From positions 4,464,001 to 4,528,000 of the forward strand of contig CATNEN010000024.1 in the NCBI GenBank assembly GCA_950097015.1: a DNA stretch of 64,000 bases, in the 5' to 3' direction. Positions 46,635-58,713 of this stretch are shown here, one piece after another (positions within the stretch are counted from its first letter, which is position 1; each line of letters opens with the position of its first letter). The position numbers were made by a program, and so were the translations under genes. Under the pieces are notes generated by a model. It was not told where the DNA came from. It saw only the letters and a program-made list of their open reading frames with translations, and made no database searches. Source of the DNA: Macrostomum hystrix (lineage: Eukaryota; Animalia; Platyhelminthes).

Positions 46635-46845
46635 GGTGGATTGCTAATCTATCTCAGTGTGATTAGTGTATTGCTAACCTGTCAGTGAGATTAGTGGATT
46701 GCTAATCTATGTCAGTTGGATTAGTGGATTGCTAATCTATGTCAGTTGGATTAGTGGATTGCTAATCTATGTCAGTTGGATTAGTGGATTGCTAATCTAT
46801 GTCAGTTGGATTAGTGGATTGCTAATCTATGTCAGTTGGATTAGT
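46635..46845. repeat. Minisatellite, 30-bp unit GGATTAGTGGATTGCTAATCTATGTCAGTT, in the ZMAT2 3' region
   Basis: About 5 clean units plus degenerate ones. Confidence 0.93.
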
Positions 46846-47149
46846 ACATTTTTATCTCATTTTCGGTGTTTGTTATTATATTTCAGTGTATTAAATTGTC
46901 GCTGAAATTAAAAAAAATTCTCTTCTTGAAATGTACATAACTCGCTGCTTGCTTCTTTAACGACATTTAGAGGCTTAACTTAGCGTTAATTAAATACCAG
47001 AAAATTTGTGTCCATATAAGTAGTATGTAATGAATTTCTTAGTTGCAAATAAAAATGCGTTACATTAACAATTTGTTTCTCAGCTATTTCATAGCAACAA
47101 AGAAAAGGAAAAAAAATGAGTTTTTGCCTATTTTTTCCTTTTTGGTAGG

Positions 47150-47215
47150 CCGTCAACTAAAGCTCCGGACCTCTAACCTAGACATCGCGAGTTCGAGTCT
47201 CAGTCCAAATGGCGC
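47150..47215 (+). mobile_element. tRNA-like SINE head fragment
   Basis: B-box-like GAGTTCGAGTCTC preceded by a tRNA-like arm; no complete acceptor stem. Confidence 0.3.
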
Positions 47216-47979
47216 ACGAAAAATGAGTAGCAGGATTAGCTAGGGTAGAAATTTGGGTGGTTGTCGCGGACTTCCCAGTCCATGGACATGGCTAAGCTGA
47301 GCTGTACACAGCTTCTAAAGCGCCGGGCATTAGTCGGCACTGGTTGAGCAAGAGCTGCAAGAGACTCCAGTCTCCAAAGTTTCAGTTCACCCAGCTGTAA
47401 AATGTGTCATCATTAGCTGTAATTTTTTTTCTATCAACTTTCTGCAATTCATTAGTAAACAATCTACTATCTCTACTAATGAGTAGTGTAGTTAGCTAAG
47501 TGGTTAATTTAAGTAAATCTTTTCTACGCTGCGTTCTTTTGCTACGTAATCCAGCTTGTAAATTTTAATTTGTATAGAATTTAGTGTCTAAAGTTTTGAA
47601 GAAAGCGATACAAGATTATTAAATGGGTTGATCAAATTTAGATCTTTAAAAAACACGCTTGTAAAAATTATTTGGCGATGTACAATATCTGGCTTGTGTA
47701 AGTACCTATTGATTTATATAGGCCTACTTTGTGCATTATCTTAATACATTAATTTTATTCATTAATATATTATTCTATTCGTTCTAGACCAAATGTCTAG
47801 AATATTTACTCATTGAGAAAATTCTCACAACAGTGAGAGGCAGAGTGAGTGAACGTCAGGACTCTCAAATAGTAACAAAAATTGAAAATCAAGAATAATA
47901 TAACCGTAGATGTGAATAAAGGGAAGGTAGGAGATTAAACGGACGACTGAGATGAAAAGGAAAACTGGGTTAAGAGAGG

Positions 47980-49805
47980 GACAGTGAGAGGAAGAGAGGG
48001 AGAGTGCGAGGAAGAGAGGGAGAGTGCGAGGAATAGAGGGAGAGTGAGAGGAAAAGAGGTAGAGTGAGAGGAAGAGAGAGTGAGAGTGAGAGGAAGAGAG
48101 TGAGAGGAAAAGAGGTAGAGTGAGAGGAAGAGAGAGAGTGAGAGGAAGAGAGAGAGAGAGTGAGAGGAAGAGAGAGAGTGAGAGGAAGAGAGAGTGAGAG
48201 GAAGAGAGGGTGAGTGAGAGGAAAAGAGGTAGAGTGAGAGGAAGAGAGGCAGAGTGATAGGAAGAGAAGTAGAGTGAGAGGAAGAGAGGGTGAGTGAGAG
48301 GAAGAGAGGGAGAGTGAGAGGAAGAGAGAGAGTGAGAGGAAAAGAGGTAGAGTGAGAGGAAGAGAGGCAGAGTGAGAGGAAGAGAGAGAGTGAGAGGAAG
48401 AGAGGGTGAGTGAGAGGAAGAGAGGGAGAGTGAGAGGAAGAGAGGGTGAGTGAGAGGAAAAGAGGTAGAGTGAGAGGAAAAGAGGTAGAGTGAGAGGAAA
48501 AGAGGTAGAGTGAGAGGAAGAGAGGCAGAGTGAGAGGAAGAGAGAGAGTGAGAGGAAGAGAGGCAGAGTGAGAGGAAGAGAGAGAGTGAGAGGAAGAGAG
48601 GCAGAGTGAGAGGAAGAGAGAGAGAGTGAGAGGAAGAGAGGGTGAGTGAGAGGAAGAGAGGGAGAGTGAGAGGAAGAGAGGCAGAGTGAGAGGAAGAGAG
48701 AGAGTGAGAGGAAGAGAGGGTGAGTGAGAGGAAAAGAGGTAGAGTGAGAGGAAGAGAGGCAGAGTGAGAGGAAGAGAGGGAGAGTGAGAGGAAGAGAGGG
48801 AGAGTGAGAGGAAGAGAGGGAGAGTGCGAGGAAGAGAGGGAGAGTGAGAGGAAGAGAGGGAGAGTGCGAGGAAGAGAGGGAGAGTGAGAGGAAAAGAGGG
48901 AGAGTGAGAGGAAGAGAGGGAGAGTGAGAGGAAAAGAGGTAGAGTGAGAGGAAGAGAGGGAGAGTGAGAGGAAGAGAGGGAGAGTAAGAGGAAGAAAGGG
49001 AGAGTAAGAGGTGAGAGGGAGAGTAAGAGGTGAGAGGGAGAGTGAGAGGAGAGAGGGAGAGTGAGGGGAAGAGAGGGAGAGTGAGAGGAAGAGAGGCAGA
49101 GTGAGGGGAAGAGAGGGAGAGGGAGAAAAAGAGAGGGAGAGTGAGAGGAAGAGAGGGAGAGTGCGAGGAAGAGAGGGAGAGTGCGAGGAATAGAGGGAGA
49201 GTGAGAGGAAGAGAGGGAGAGTGAGAGGAAGAGAGAGAGTGAGAGGAATTGAGGGTGAGTGAGAGGAAGAGAGGGAGAGTGCGAGGAATAGAGGGAGAGT
49301 GAGAGGAAGAGAGGGAGAGTGCGAGGAAGAGAGGGAGAGTGAGAGGAAAAGAGGGAGAGTGAGAGGAAGAGAGGGAGAGTGCGAGGAATAGAGGGAGAGT
49401 GATAGGAAGAGAGGGAGAGTGAGAGGAAGAGAGGGAGAGTGCGAGGAAGAGAGGGAGAGTGAGAGGAAGAGAGGGAGAGTGAGAGGAAAAGAGGGAGAGT
49501 GAGAGGAAGAGAGGGAGAGTGAGAGGAAGAGAGGGAGAGTGAGAGGAAGAGAGGCAGAGTGAGAGGAAGAGAGGGAGAGTGAGAGGAAGAGAGGGAGAGT
49601 GAGAGGAAGAGAGGGAGAGTGAGAGGAAGAGAGGCAGAGTGAGAGGAAAAGAGGGAGAGTGAGAGGAAGAGAGGGAGAGTGAGAGGAAGAGAGGGAGAGT
49701 GAGAGGAAGAGAGGGAGAGTGAGAGGAAGAGAGGGAGAGTGAGAGGAAGAGAGGGAGAGTAAGAGGAAGAAAGGGAGAGTGAGAGGAGAGAGGGAGAGTA
49801 AGAGA
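47980..49805. repeat. Polypurine minisatellite, 20-bp unit GAGAGGAAGAGAGGGAGAGT
   Basis: Nearly pure G/A strand; explains ORFs 47825..49928. Confidence 0.97.
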
Positions 49806-51514
49806 AGAGATGAGACAGACCATGGAGCTGTGCACCTCAGCACGTGCATCACAACTCTTTAAGGTTGTACCTGTGCTTGCTAACTTGCTAAACAGCCAAA
49901 TAGCTAAAGCCGTAAGAAGTAGGTCCAAAAAATGAAACTATTTTATTAATTCTTCCTAGATTTCGGTTATGCTATTCGAGTCAAAGGCAGGTGTTTCCTT
50001 ATCGCTAGAAGAGGAAGACTGGGACAAATTTGTTATTGCTATTATGCAGAACCGATTGCTATAGTGAGTCTCCCCTTGTTGTTTAATCCAGGTCAGTCGA
50101 GATAGCTCACGACTCTAAAAAATTTCCGTGCGGCAGACAGCTTGCATTGGGATAGATAATAAAACTAAATCCCCAAATTGAAGTTGCCCACGCGAGGTGG
50201 AGTGCATTGTTGCTCCGTGATTACCCCTGGGCTGCAGCTGCGGCAGCTGCTTCATAAACCAACGGCCCTACTCCGCCCCCCTTCCTCCAGCACCATTCAG
50301 TGGCGTCAGAGATGTGGGCCGAGGGCCACCGCCGATGACAGACAAATGAAGTGAGAGTCTTAAATAAAAGGTGCTGCAAGCAGGATTAGGCCGGGCTGCG
50401 GTTTGGGGTGGGGGTTGGCGGCAGCTGCAAGCAGGGCGATCTCGGCTGCAGATGTTTCCTGCAGCTGACGCTGAAACTTGAAATCCGCCTATTTGCTCCG
50501 CGAACTGCCCGCACAATTCTTGTCAGCATAGCCTGTTGCAGCTGCTGCCGCTGCTCAATGACTTCCACAGCTGGAGATGAGCTTACTATTCTCTACCCCT
50601 TGAGCACCCCAACCCACACACTGCCGGCCCGCAGATCTGGGTCCATCTTATTCTTCTGTTGTCTTCTCTATTCATTGCCTGACGCGGCGGCCTTCCGCAC
50701 GAGTGTGTACACAGTTGTGATCCACAATATTCACACGCGCAGTCGCGCTAGAACCCCCCCCATTCTTCCTATTTTCCTCCCAACATTTATCCCCTCTTAC
50801 CTATATAGATCTCGCATTGTTCCCAGAAGCAGTTGGAGAAACAGCTGCAGTTGTTAAACACTGTCAGGGGTGGAGGCGACTCGCAAGCTGTTGGTATGGG
50901 GAGGCATAGAGGCCATCAATCCACTTAATTACCCAGCAGAAGAGCGAGGAGCTCTCTCTCTCCAGTGCTCAAGTGACCCCACCCCCCGGAGTCGGGGAGA
51001 CTTCGCATTGCCATAATATAAAATTCAATATGAAAACTTTTCACCTGTTTGCTCAGGCTGAGCTGAAAAAGAGACTCACCGTCCCCAGACCAAGGGTTTT
51101 AGGAGCGCGGCCCCGTATCCTGTTACTTCCGCTATGCTAAACTGTTTGTCAAACTTCTGCTTCAGGAGGGGGAGAGGGTTATAGAGACACTGAAGGCGGC
51201 ATTCGAAGCTTCCTTCGCCAGCTGAACAGACCCACATTTCCCACATTCAACATGATCAAATAGGGACTCGTGGAATAAACTCCCCGTTCTAAAGAAATCA
51301 AGTATATATCAGTGGGTTGATGGGCCTGTTTAAACACATCCCAGAGTCTGCCGCTGATAATGCCTTTGAGAAAACTAGTTGAACATTAACAACGATCGCT
51401 TTTTCATATTTTTATTCTACTTTTTATTTGACGTCACGGGGAAGTTGTTCCTTAATCTCCGATTAATTATTTCATTTGCTAATTTATTTTAGTAAATTCT
51501 AAACTTGGGGAATA

Positions 51515-52540
51515 TCATATTTAGGAGAATGTGACAATTGTGGAATATCAGAATTGGGAGAATGTGACAATTGTGGAATATCAGAATTGGGAGAATGTGA
51601 CAATTGTGGAATATCATATTTAGGAGAATGCGACAATTGTGGAATATCAGAATTAGGAGAATGTGACAATTGTGGAATATCAGAATTAGGAGAATGTGAC
51701 AATTGTGGAATATCAGAATTGGGAGAATGTGACAATTGTGGAATATCAGAATTAGGAGAATGTGACAATTGTGGAATATCAGAATTGGGAGAATGTGACA
51801 ATTGTGGAATATCAGAATTAGGAGAATGTGACAATTGTGGAATATCAGAATTAGGAGAATGCGACAATTGTGGAATATCAGAATTAGGAGAATGCGACAA
51901 TTGTGGAATATCATATTTAGGAGAATGCGACAATTGTGGAATATCAGAATTAGGAGAATGTGACAATTGTGGAATATCAGAATTGGGAGAATGTGACAAT
52001 TGTGGAATAACATATTTAGGAGAATGTGACAATTGTGGAATATCAGAATTGGGAGAATGCGACAATTGTGGAATATCATATTTAGGAGAATGCGACAATT
52101 GTGGAATATCAGAATTAGGAGAATGTGACAATTGTGGAATATCAGAATTGGGAGAATGTGACAATTGTGGAATATCAGAATTGGGAGAATGTGACAATTG
52201 TGGAATATCAGAATTAGGAGAATGTGACAATTGTGGAATATCAGAATTGGGAGAATGTGACAATTGTGGAATATCAGAATTGGGAGAATGTGACAATTGT
52301 GGAATATCAGAATTAGGAGAATGCGACAATTGTGGATTATCAGAATTGGGAGAATGTGACAATTGTGGAATATCAGAATTAGGAGAATGCGACAATTGTG
52401 GAATATCAGAATTAGGAGAATGCGACAATTGTGGAATATCATATTTAGGAGAATGCGACAATTGTGGAATATCATATTTAGGAGAATGTGACAATTGTGG
52501 AATATCAGAATTAGGAGAATGTGACAATTGTGAATATCAT
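51515..52540. repeat. Minisatellite, 33-bp unit GGAGAATGTGACAATTGTGGAATATCAGAATTA
   Basis: About 31 units; the 11-aa-repeat ORFs on both strands derive from it. Confidence 0.98.
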
Positions 52541-53044
52541 ATTGGCAGCACGAGTGGAACCGAGTCTCCATAGCTGCTTATCGAAATGCAGCAAGAAAAA
52601 TTTACCAACTTAAACTATTCGCGCCTCTAATAGACCAGTGCCTTTCTTCTTGACTTTATGATGTCTGGCGATGCAAATGCCGCCACTTCAACAGTTTATC
52701 GGGATTGCATATAATACTTGAAAAACACACACATTCACCTTTATGCGTTCTTTGGAAAGTTACTTTACTAAATGAGAAATTTATAACCTGAGAAATTTTC
52801 CCAAGACAAGGGAGAATTTTAACTAGGTGCTTGAGTTTGAAACTTCCTAAGTATTTTGCATGCCGTATGTGCAAGACGGGTTGCTGATGATATCGAAGTT
52901 GGAAAATATATTCGACAACTTAATCTGACTGCAAGCCTAAGGATTCTTTCTTAGTCTTCTTCTCATTTTGGCTCAACTCTCTTCTGCCTTTTAAATTATC
53001 TTTCTGTGTATTTCTTTATCTTTATTTCTCTGGGTCTTACTCTA

Positions 53045-54400
53045 CTCTCCCCTTGACTCCCTCTCACCCCTGACTCTCTCCCTCTCTACCCTGACTCTCT
53101 CCCTCTCACCCCTGACTCTCTCCCTCTCTACCCTGACTCTCTCCCTCTCACCCCTGACTCTCTCCCTCTCTACCTTGACTCTCTCCCTCTCACCCCTGAC
53201 TCTCTCCCTCTCTACCCTGACTCTCTCCTTCTCTACCCTGATTCTCTCCCTCTCTACCTTGACTCTATCCCTCTCTACCCTGACTCTCTCCTTCTCTACC
53301 CTGACTCTCTCCCTCTCTACCTTGACTCTCTCCCTCTCACTCCTGACTCTCTCCCTCTCTACCTTGACTCTATCCCTCTCTACCCTGATTCTCTCCCTCT
53401 CACTCCTGATTCTCTCCCTCTCACTCCTGACTCTCTCCCTCTCACTCCTGACTCTCTCCCTCTCACTCCTGACTCTCTCCCTCTCTACCTTGACTCTATC
53501 CCTCTCTACCTTGACTCTATCCCTCTCTACCTTGACTCTATCCCTCTCTACCTTGACTCTATCCCTCTCTACCTTGACTCTATCCCTCTCTACCCTGACT
53601 CTCTCCCTCTCTACCTTGACTCTATCCCTCTCACTCCTGACTCTCTCCCTCTCACTCCTGACTCTCTCCCTCTCTACCCTGACTCTCTCCTTCTCTACCC
53701 TGACTCTCTCCCTCTCTACCCTGACTCTCTCTCTCTCACTCCTGACTCTATCCCTCTCTACCCTGACTCTCTCCCTCTCACTCCTGACTCTCTCCCTCTC
53801 TACCTTGACTCTATCCCTCTCTACCCTGACTCTCTCTCTCTCACTCCTGACTCTATCCCTCTCTACCCTGATTCTCTCCCTCTCACTCCTGACTCTCTCC
53901 CTCTCACTCCTGACTCTCTCCCTCTCTACCCTGACTCTCTCCTTCTCTACCCTGACTCTCTCCCTCTCTACCCTGACTCTCTCTCTCTCACTCCTGACTC
54001 TATCCCTCTCTACCCTGACTCTCTCCCTCTCACTCCTGACTCTCTCCCTCTCTACCTTGACTCTATCCCTCTCTACCCTGACTCTCTCCCTCTCACTCCT
54101 GACTCTCTCCCTCTCTCCCTGTCCCTCACTCCTGACTCTCTCCCTCTCTCCTCTGACTCTCTCCCTCTCTCCCCTGTCCCTCTCTCCCCTGACTCTTTCC
54201 CTCTCTCCCCTGACTCTCCCTCTCTCCCCTGACTCTCTCCCTCTCTCTCTCCCCTGTCCCTCTCTCCCCTGTCCCTCTCTCCCCTGACTCTTTCCCTCTC
54301 TCCCCTGTCCCTCTCTCCCCTGACTCTTTCCCTCTCTCCCCTGACTCTCCCTCTCTCCCCTGACTCTCTCCCTCTCTCCCCTGTCCCTCTCCATCTCCCG
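53045..54400. repeat. Polypyrimidine minisatellite, 21-bp unit CTCTCTACCCTGACTCTCTCC
   Basis: Tandem units; explains the ER-rich ORF 53042..54415. Confidence 0.97.
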
Positions 54401-54904
54401 GTCTGTCTCACTCAATCTCTCCCTCTCGCAATGTCTATATTCTACTTATTTATTCATTACTTTCATATATGTTAGGCTTTTTGCACTTATTCTTTATCTT
54501 AATTTATCCTACACTCGTGTGCACACATGCGCAAATCGATACGGCTTTAAAAATACTGTTCGAACAGATTTATTTTAGAATCCATGAAGCATCATATCTC
54601 AAGCAGGAAATCCTATTGGTTAATTCCCGTATAGAGACTAAAAGACACGACTAAAAATGACATCCTTCTTGTCTCCAATCTGTTTTATTCATTCTGATCT
54701 TTCAAATAAGATGATCCCATCTGGCCTAAGGATGAGCACGATTCTTTAGGAATGCATTTTATTGTTTTGAGAGCATTGCAGCTAAATTGTTAGCCTGCTG
54801 GTTTTAACTGCAATTTAAGGGAATTAGTATTGAAATTACTAGTACCTTACTATTAGATTAATACTCTAGCATAAAATTTTTTATCCTCTTCATATTTCAT
54901 AAGA

Positions 54905-57105
54905 CAAGGAGAGTGAGAGAAAGAAGGGGAGAGTGAGATGAAGAGGGGGAGAGTGAGAGAAAGAAGGGGAGAGTGAGATGAAGAGGGGGAGAGTGAGATG
55001 AAGAGGGGGAGAGTGAGATGAAGAGGGGGGAGTGATATGAAGAGGGGGGAGTGAGATGAAGAGGGGGAGAGTGAGATGAAGAGGGGGAGTGATATGAAGA
55101 GGGGGAGTGAGATGAAGAGGGGAGAGTGAGATGAAGAGGGGGGAGTGAGATGAAGAGGGGGAGAGTGAGATGAAGAGGGGGAGAGTGAGATGAAGAGGGG
55201 GGAGTGATATGAAGAGGGGGGAGTGAGATGAAGAGGGGGAGAGTGAGATGAAGAGGGGGAGTGATATGAAGAGGGGGAGTGAGATGAAGAGGGGAGAGTG
55301 AGATGAAGAGGGGGGAGTGAGATGAAGAGGGGGAGAGTGAGATGAAGAGGGGGAGTGATATGAAGAGGGGGGAGTGAGATGAAGAGGGGGAGAGTGAGAT
55401 GAAGAGGGGGGAGTGATATGAAGAGGGGGGAGTGAGATGAAGAGGGGGGAGTGAGATGAAGAGGGGGGAGTGATATGAAGAGGGGGAGAGTGAGATGAAG
55501 AGGGGGGAGTGAGATGAAGAGGGGGGAGTGATATGAAGAGGGGGGAGTGAGATGAAGAGGGGGAGAGTGAGATGAAGAGGGGGGAGTGAGATGAAGAGGG
55601 GGAGAGTGAGATGAAGAGGGGGGAGTGAGATGAAGAGGGGGAGAGTGAGATGAAGAGGGGGAGTGAGATGAAGAGGGGGAGAGTGAGATGAAGAGGGGGG
55701 AGTGAGATGAAGAGGGGGAGAGTGAGATGAAGAGGGGGGAGTGAGATGAAGAGGGGGAGAGTGAGATGAAGAGGGGGAGAGTGAGATGAAGAGGGGGAGA
55801 GTGAGATGAAGAGGGGGAGAGTGAGATGAAGAGGGGGGAGTGAGATGAAGAGGGGGAGAGTGAGATGAAGAGGGGGAGAGTGAGATGAAGAGGGGGGAGT
55901 GAGATGAAGAGGGGGAGAGTGAGATGAAGAGGGGGGAGTGATATGAAGAGGGGGGAGTGAGATGAAGAGGGGGAGAGTGAGATGAAGAGGGGGGAGTGAG
56001 ATGAAGAGGGGGAGAGTGAGATGAAGAGGGGGAGTGAGAGGAAGAGGGGGAGAGTGAGATGAAGAGGGGGAGAGTGAGATGAAGAGGGGGAGAGTGAGAT
56101 GAAGAGGGGGAGAGTGAGATGAAGAGGGGGGAGTGAGATGAAGAGGGGGGAGTGAGATGAAGAGGGGAGAGTGAGATGAAGAGGGGGGAGTGAGATGAAG
56201 AGGGGGGAGTGAGATGAAGAGGGGGGAGTGAGATGAAGAGGGGGAGTGAGATGAAGAGGGGGAGAGTGAGATGAAGAGGGGGAGAGTGAGATGAAGAGGG
56301 GGGAGTGAGATGAAGAGGGGGAGAGTGAGATGAAGAGTGGGGAGTGAGATGAAGAGGGGGAGAGTGAGATGAAGAGGGGGAAAGTGAGATGAAGAGGGGG
56401 GAGTGAGATGAAGAGGGGGAGTGAGATGAAGAGGGGAGAGTGAGATGAAGAGGGGGGAGTGAGATGAAGAGGGGGAGAGTGAGATGAAGAGTGGGGAGTG
56501 AGATGAAGAGGGGGAGAGTGAGATGAAGAGGGGGAGAGTGAGATGAAGAGGGGGAAGTGAGATGAAGAGGGGGGAGTGATATGAAGAGGGGGAGAGTGAG
56601 ATGAAGAGGGGGAGTGAGAGGAAGAGGGGGAGAGTGAGATGAAGAGGGGGAGAGTGAGATGAAGAGGGGGAGAGTGAGATGAAGAGGGGGAGAGTGAGAT
56701 GAAGAGGGGGGAGTGAGATGAAGAGGGGGGAGTGAGATGAAGAGGGGAGAGTGAGATGAAGAGGGGGGAGTGAGATGAAGAGGGGGAGAGTGAGATGAAG
56801 AGTGGGGAGTGAGATGAAGAGGGGGAGAGTGAGATGAAGAGGGGGAGAGTGAGATGAAGAGGGGGGAGTGAGATGAAGAGGGGGGAGTGATATGAAGAGG
56901 GGGAGAGTGAGATGAAGAGGGGGAGAGTGAGATGAAGAGGGGGGAGTGAGATGAAGAGGGGGGAGTGAGATGAAGAGGGGGGAGTGATATGAAGAGGGGG
57001 AGAGTGAGATGAAGAGGGGGAGAGTGAGATGAAGAGGGGGGAGTGAGATGAAGAGGGGGGAGTGATATGAAGAGGGGGAGAGTGAGATGAAGAGGGGGAG
57101 AGTCA
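54905..57105. repeat. Polypurine minisatellite, 18-20-bp unit GAGTGAGATGAAGAGGGGGA
   Basis: Tandem units with a variable G-run length. Confidence 0.98.
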
Positions 57106-58426
57106 GAGGTAGAGATTGAGAGTGAGGGGGACAGATGGAAAATTATTTCACTGCCGGGTAATAAACAACAATCACAAGCTCAACAAAATAGAGAATCAGT
57201 GAGCTAGAGTGCACCCGCACTTGTCAGACAAACATCCTTCTCTAATTAGCTGCAATCTACTAGTGCGCAAATATTTATGATAAGGCTAGAGAATCTAAGC
57301 CTTAGAAAAATTGGCTCCCACGGGTTGTGAGATGTTGCCCCAAAATCATCTGGTTTACAATTCGGGATCGAAATGATTGCAAAGTTCTTTTTTAGGGTAG
57401 GCGGGTAGAACTAGGCGGCATAGCACGCGCTGTTGTTTTGCAGGAAACTGTTGTTATTGGAAAAGATAAAGAGTCCGCCAAAAGTTGAAGATACACAGAA
57501 CCGGCCCTCATTCTCCAAGCTTCTCTTGACCGTGGGAATGGTGGATTGTTTGGCATGAGGATATCTGTATCTATCTGCCAAATTGGGATGGCGGGGCCAG
57601 TGAAGACAATCAAAGCCAAGTGGGCCGCTTTGTGCTCTGCCCTGCTATGCGTGTGACAGTCGTGGGAACAAATAAAGAGGCTTAGAAATTAATAAAATCT
57701 TGGTCGGAAGGGCCGGTGCCTTTTGGAGGTTGCACTTTGGCTGGGGGTGGCGACATGCGGGATCTTGCTTGGGATTCTTTTTGCCTGTGTTTGGGATGCT
57801 TGGGAAGATAAAGCGGGGTTCTGAAATCGTTTGGCTCGAAGCCAAGTCTAGGCGAAAGCGGGCATTGCACACACACTCAGACACCGAGCTCAGGTGGGTT
57901 GGCAACAAACAGCGACTTGGCGTCATCCATTGTGTGAGGGTCCGAGCTATCGGAGGGGAGGAAATAAAGATCGAATGGGAATTGCGAGAATAGGCAGAAT
58001 GGAAGGGCTTGGGGAGAAATTCCGCATGGCAACAAACAGAGGATGCGGCGGCGCGGCCGCCCACCCCTCCGCTTTCCCGCCTGCCCGCCTCCCCCCCACC
58101 CCGTTATCAAGAGAGTCCCGACGGCTCGACCAATGAGAAGCGACCGGACTCAAATGAAATTCTGAGCAAACACGCCTGAATTCCTCTCAGCCACTCCGGC
58201 CGAAATTGGCTCAACTCCAAAATTCCAGCCCGCCTCCCCGCCTCCTCCCCAAACTCCCCTCCGGCCATCGATATTTAAAAGGGATCTCGGCCTTGCATCT
58301 TCACCTGGTATCCGCCTAGTTGAGCAATTCAGCAAGTCTCAAAGCGATTCTGAAAACTTTTATCTTAGTAGTCCTCTATATCAAAGTTCGATTTGAATTA
58401 AATAAATACTGAGATCGATTCAACAA

Positions 58427-58681
58427 ATGACTCTTGTGCAGCAGCAGCAGCAGCAGCAGCAGTTTTCCAAGGCCATATTCGACAACGCCAGATCTGTCAT
58501 GCGCACTTCGTCATCACTTGGTAAGAAATGTCATTGTGAACTAGCTCTCGAATTCCAATCTAAGCATTTGTTATTTCCTATTAATAACTGGATCGCATTG
58601 TTAACTGCAGGCTCCCAGCATCACCAGAGCCTCATCCGGCTGACCTGTTCGGCGACCAACTATGAGCCGCAGTCTCTGAGT

Positions 58682-58713
<32 letters not shown>

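Noticed and set aside
50268-50857. Several short GC-rich ORFs on both strands
   Set aside because: No recognisable domain or consistent splice pattern; they may be regulatory DNA.
51489-52573. (GECDNCGISEL)n CxxC-repeat 'metal-binding protein' and the ATG-led antisense ORF
   Set aside because: The 33-bp unit is open in several frames on both strands, and variation shows no sign of codon constraint. This is a repeat artefact unless expression data show otherwise.
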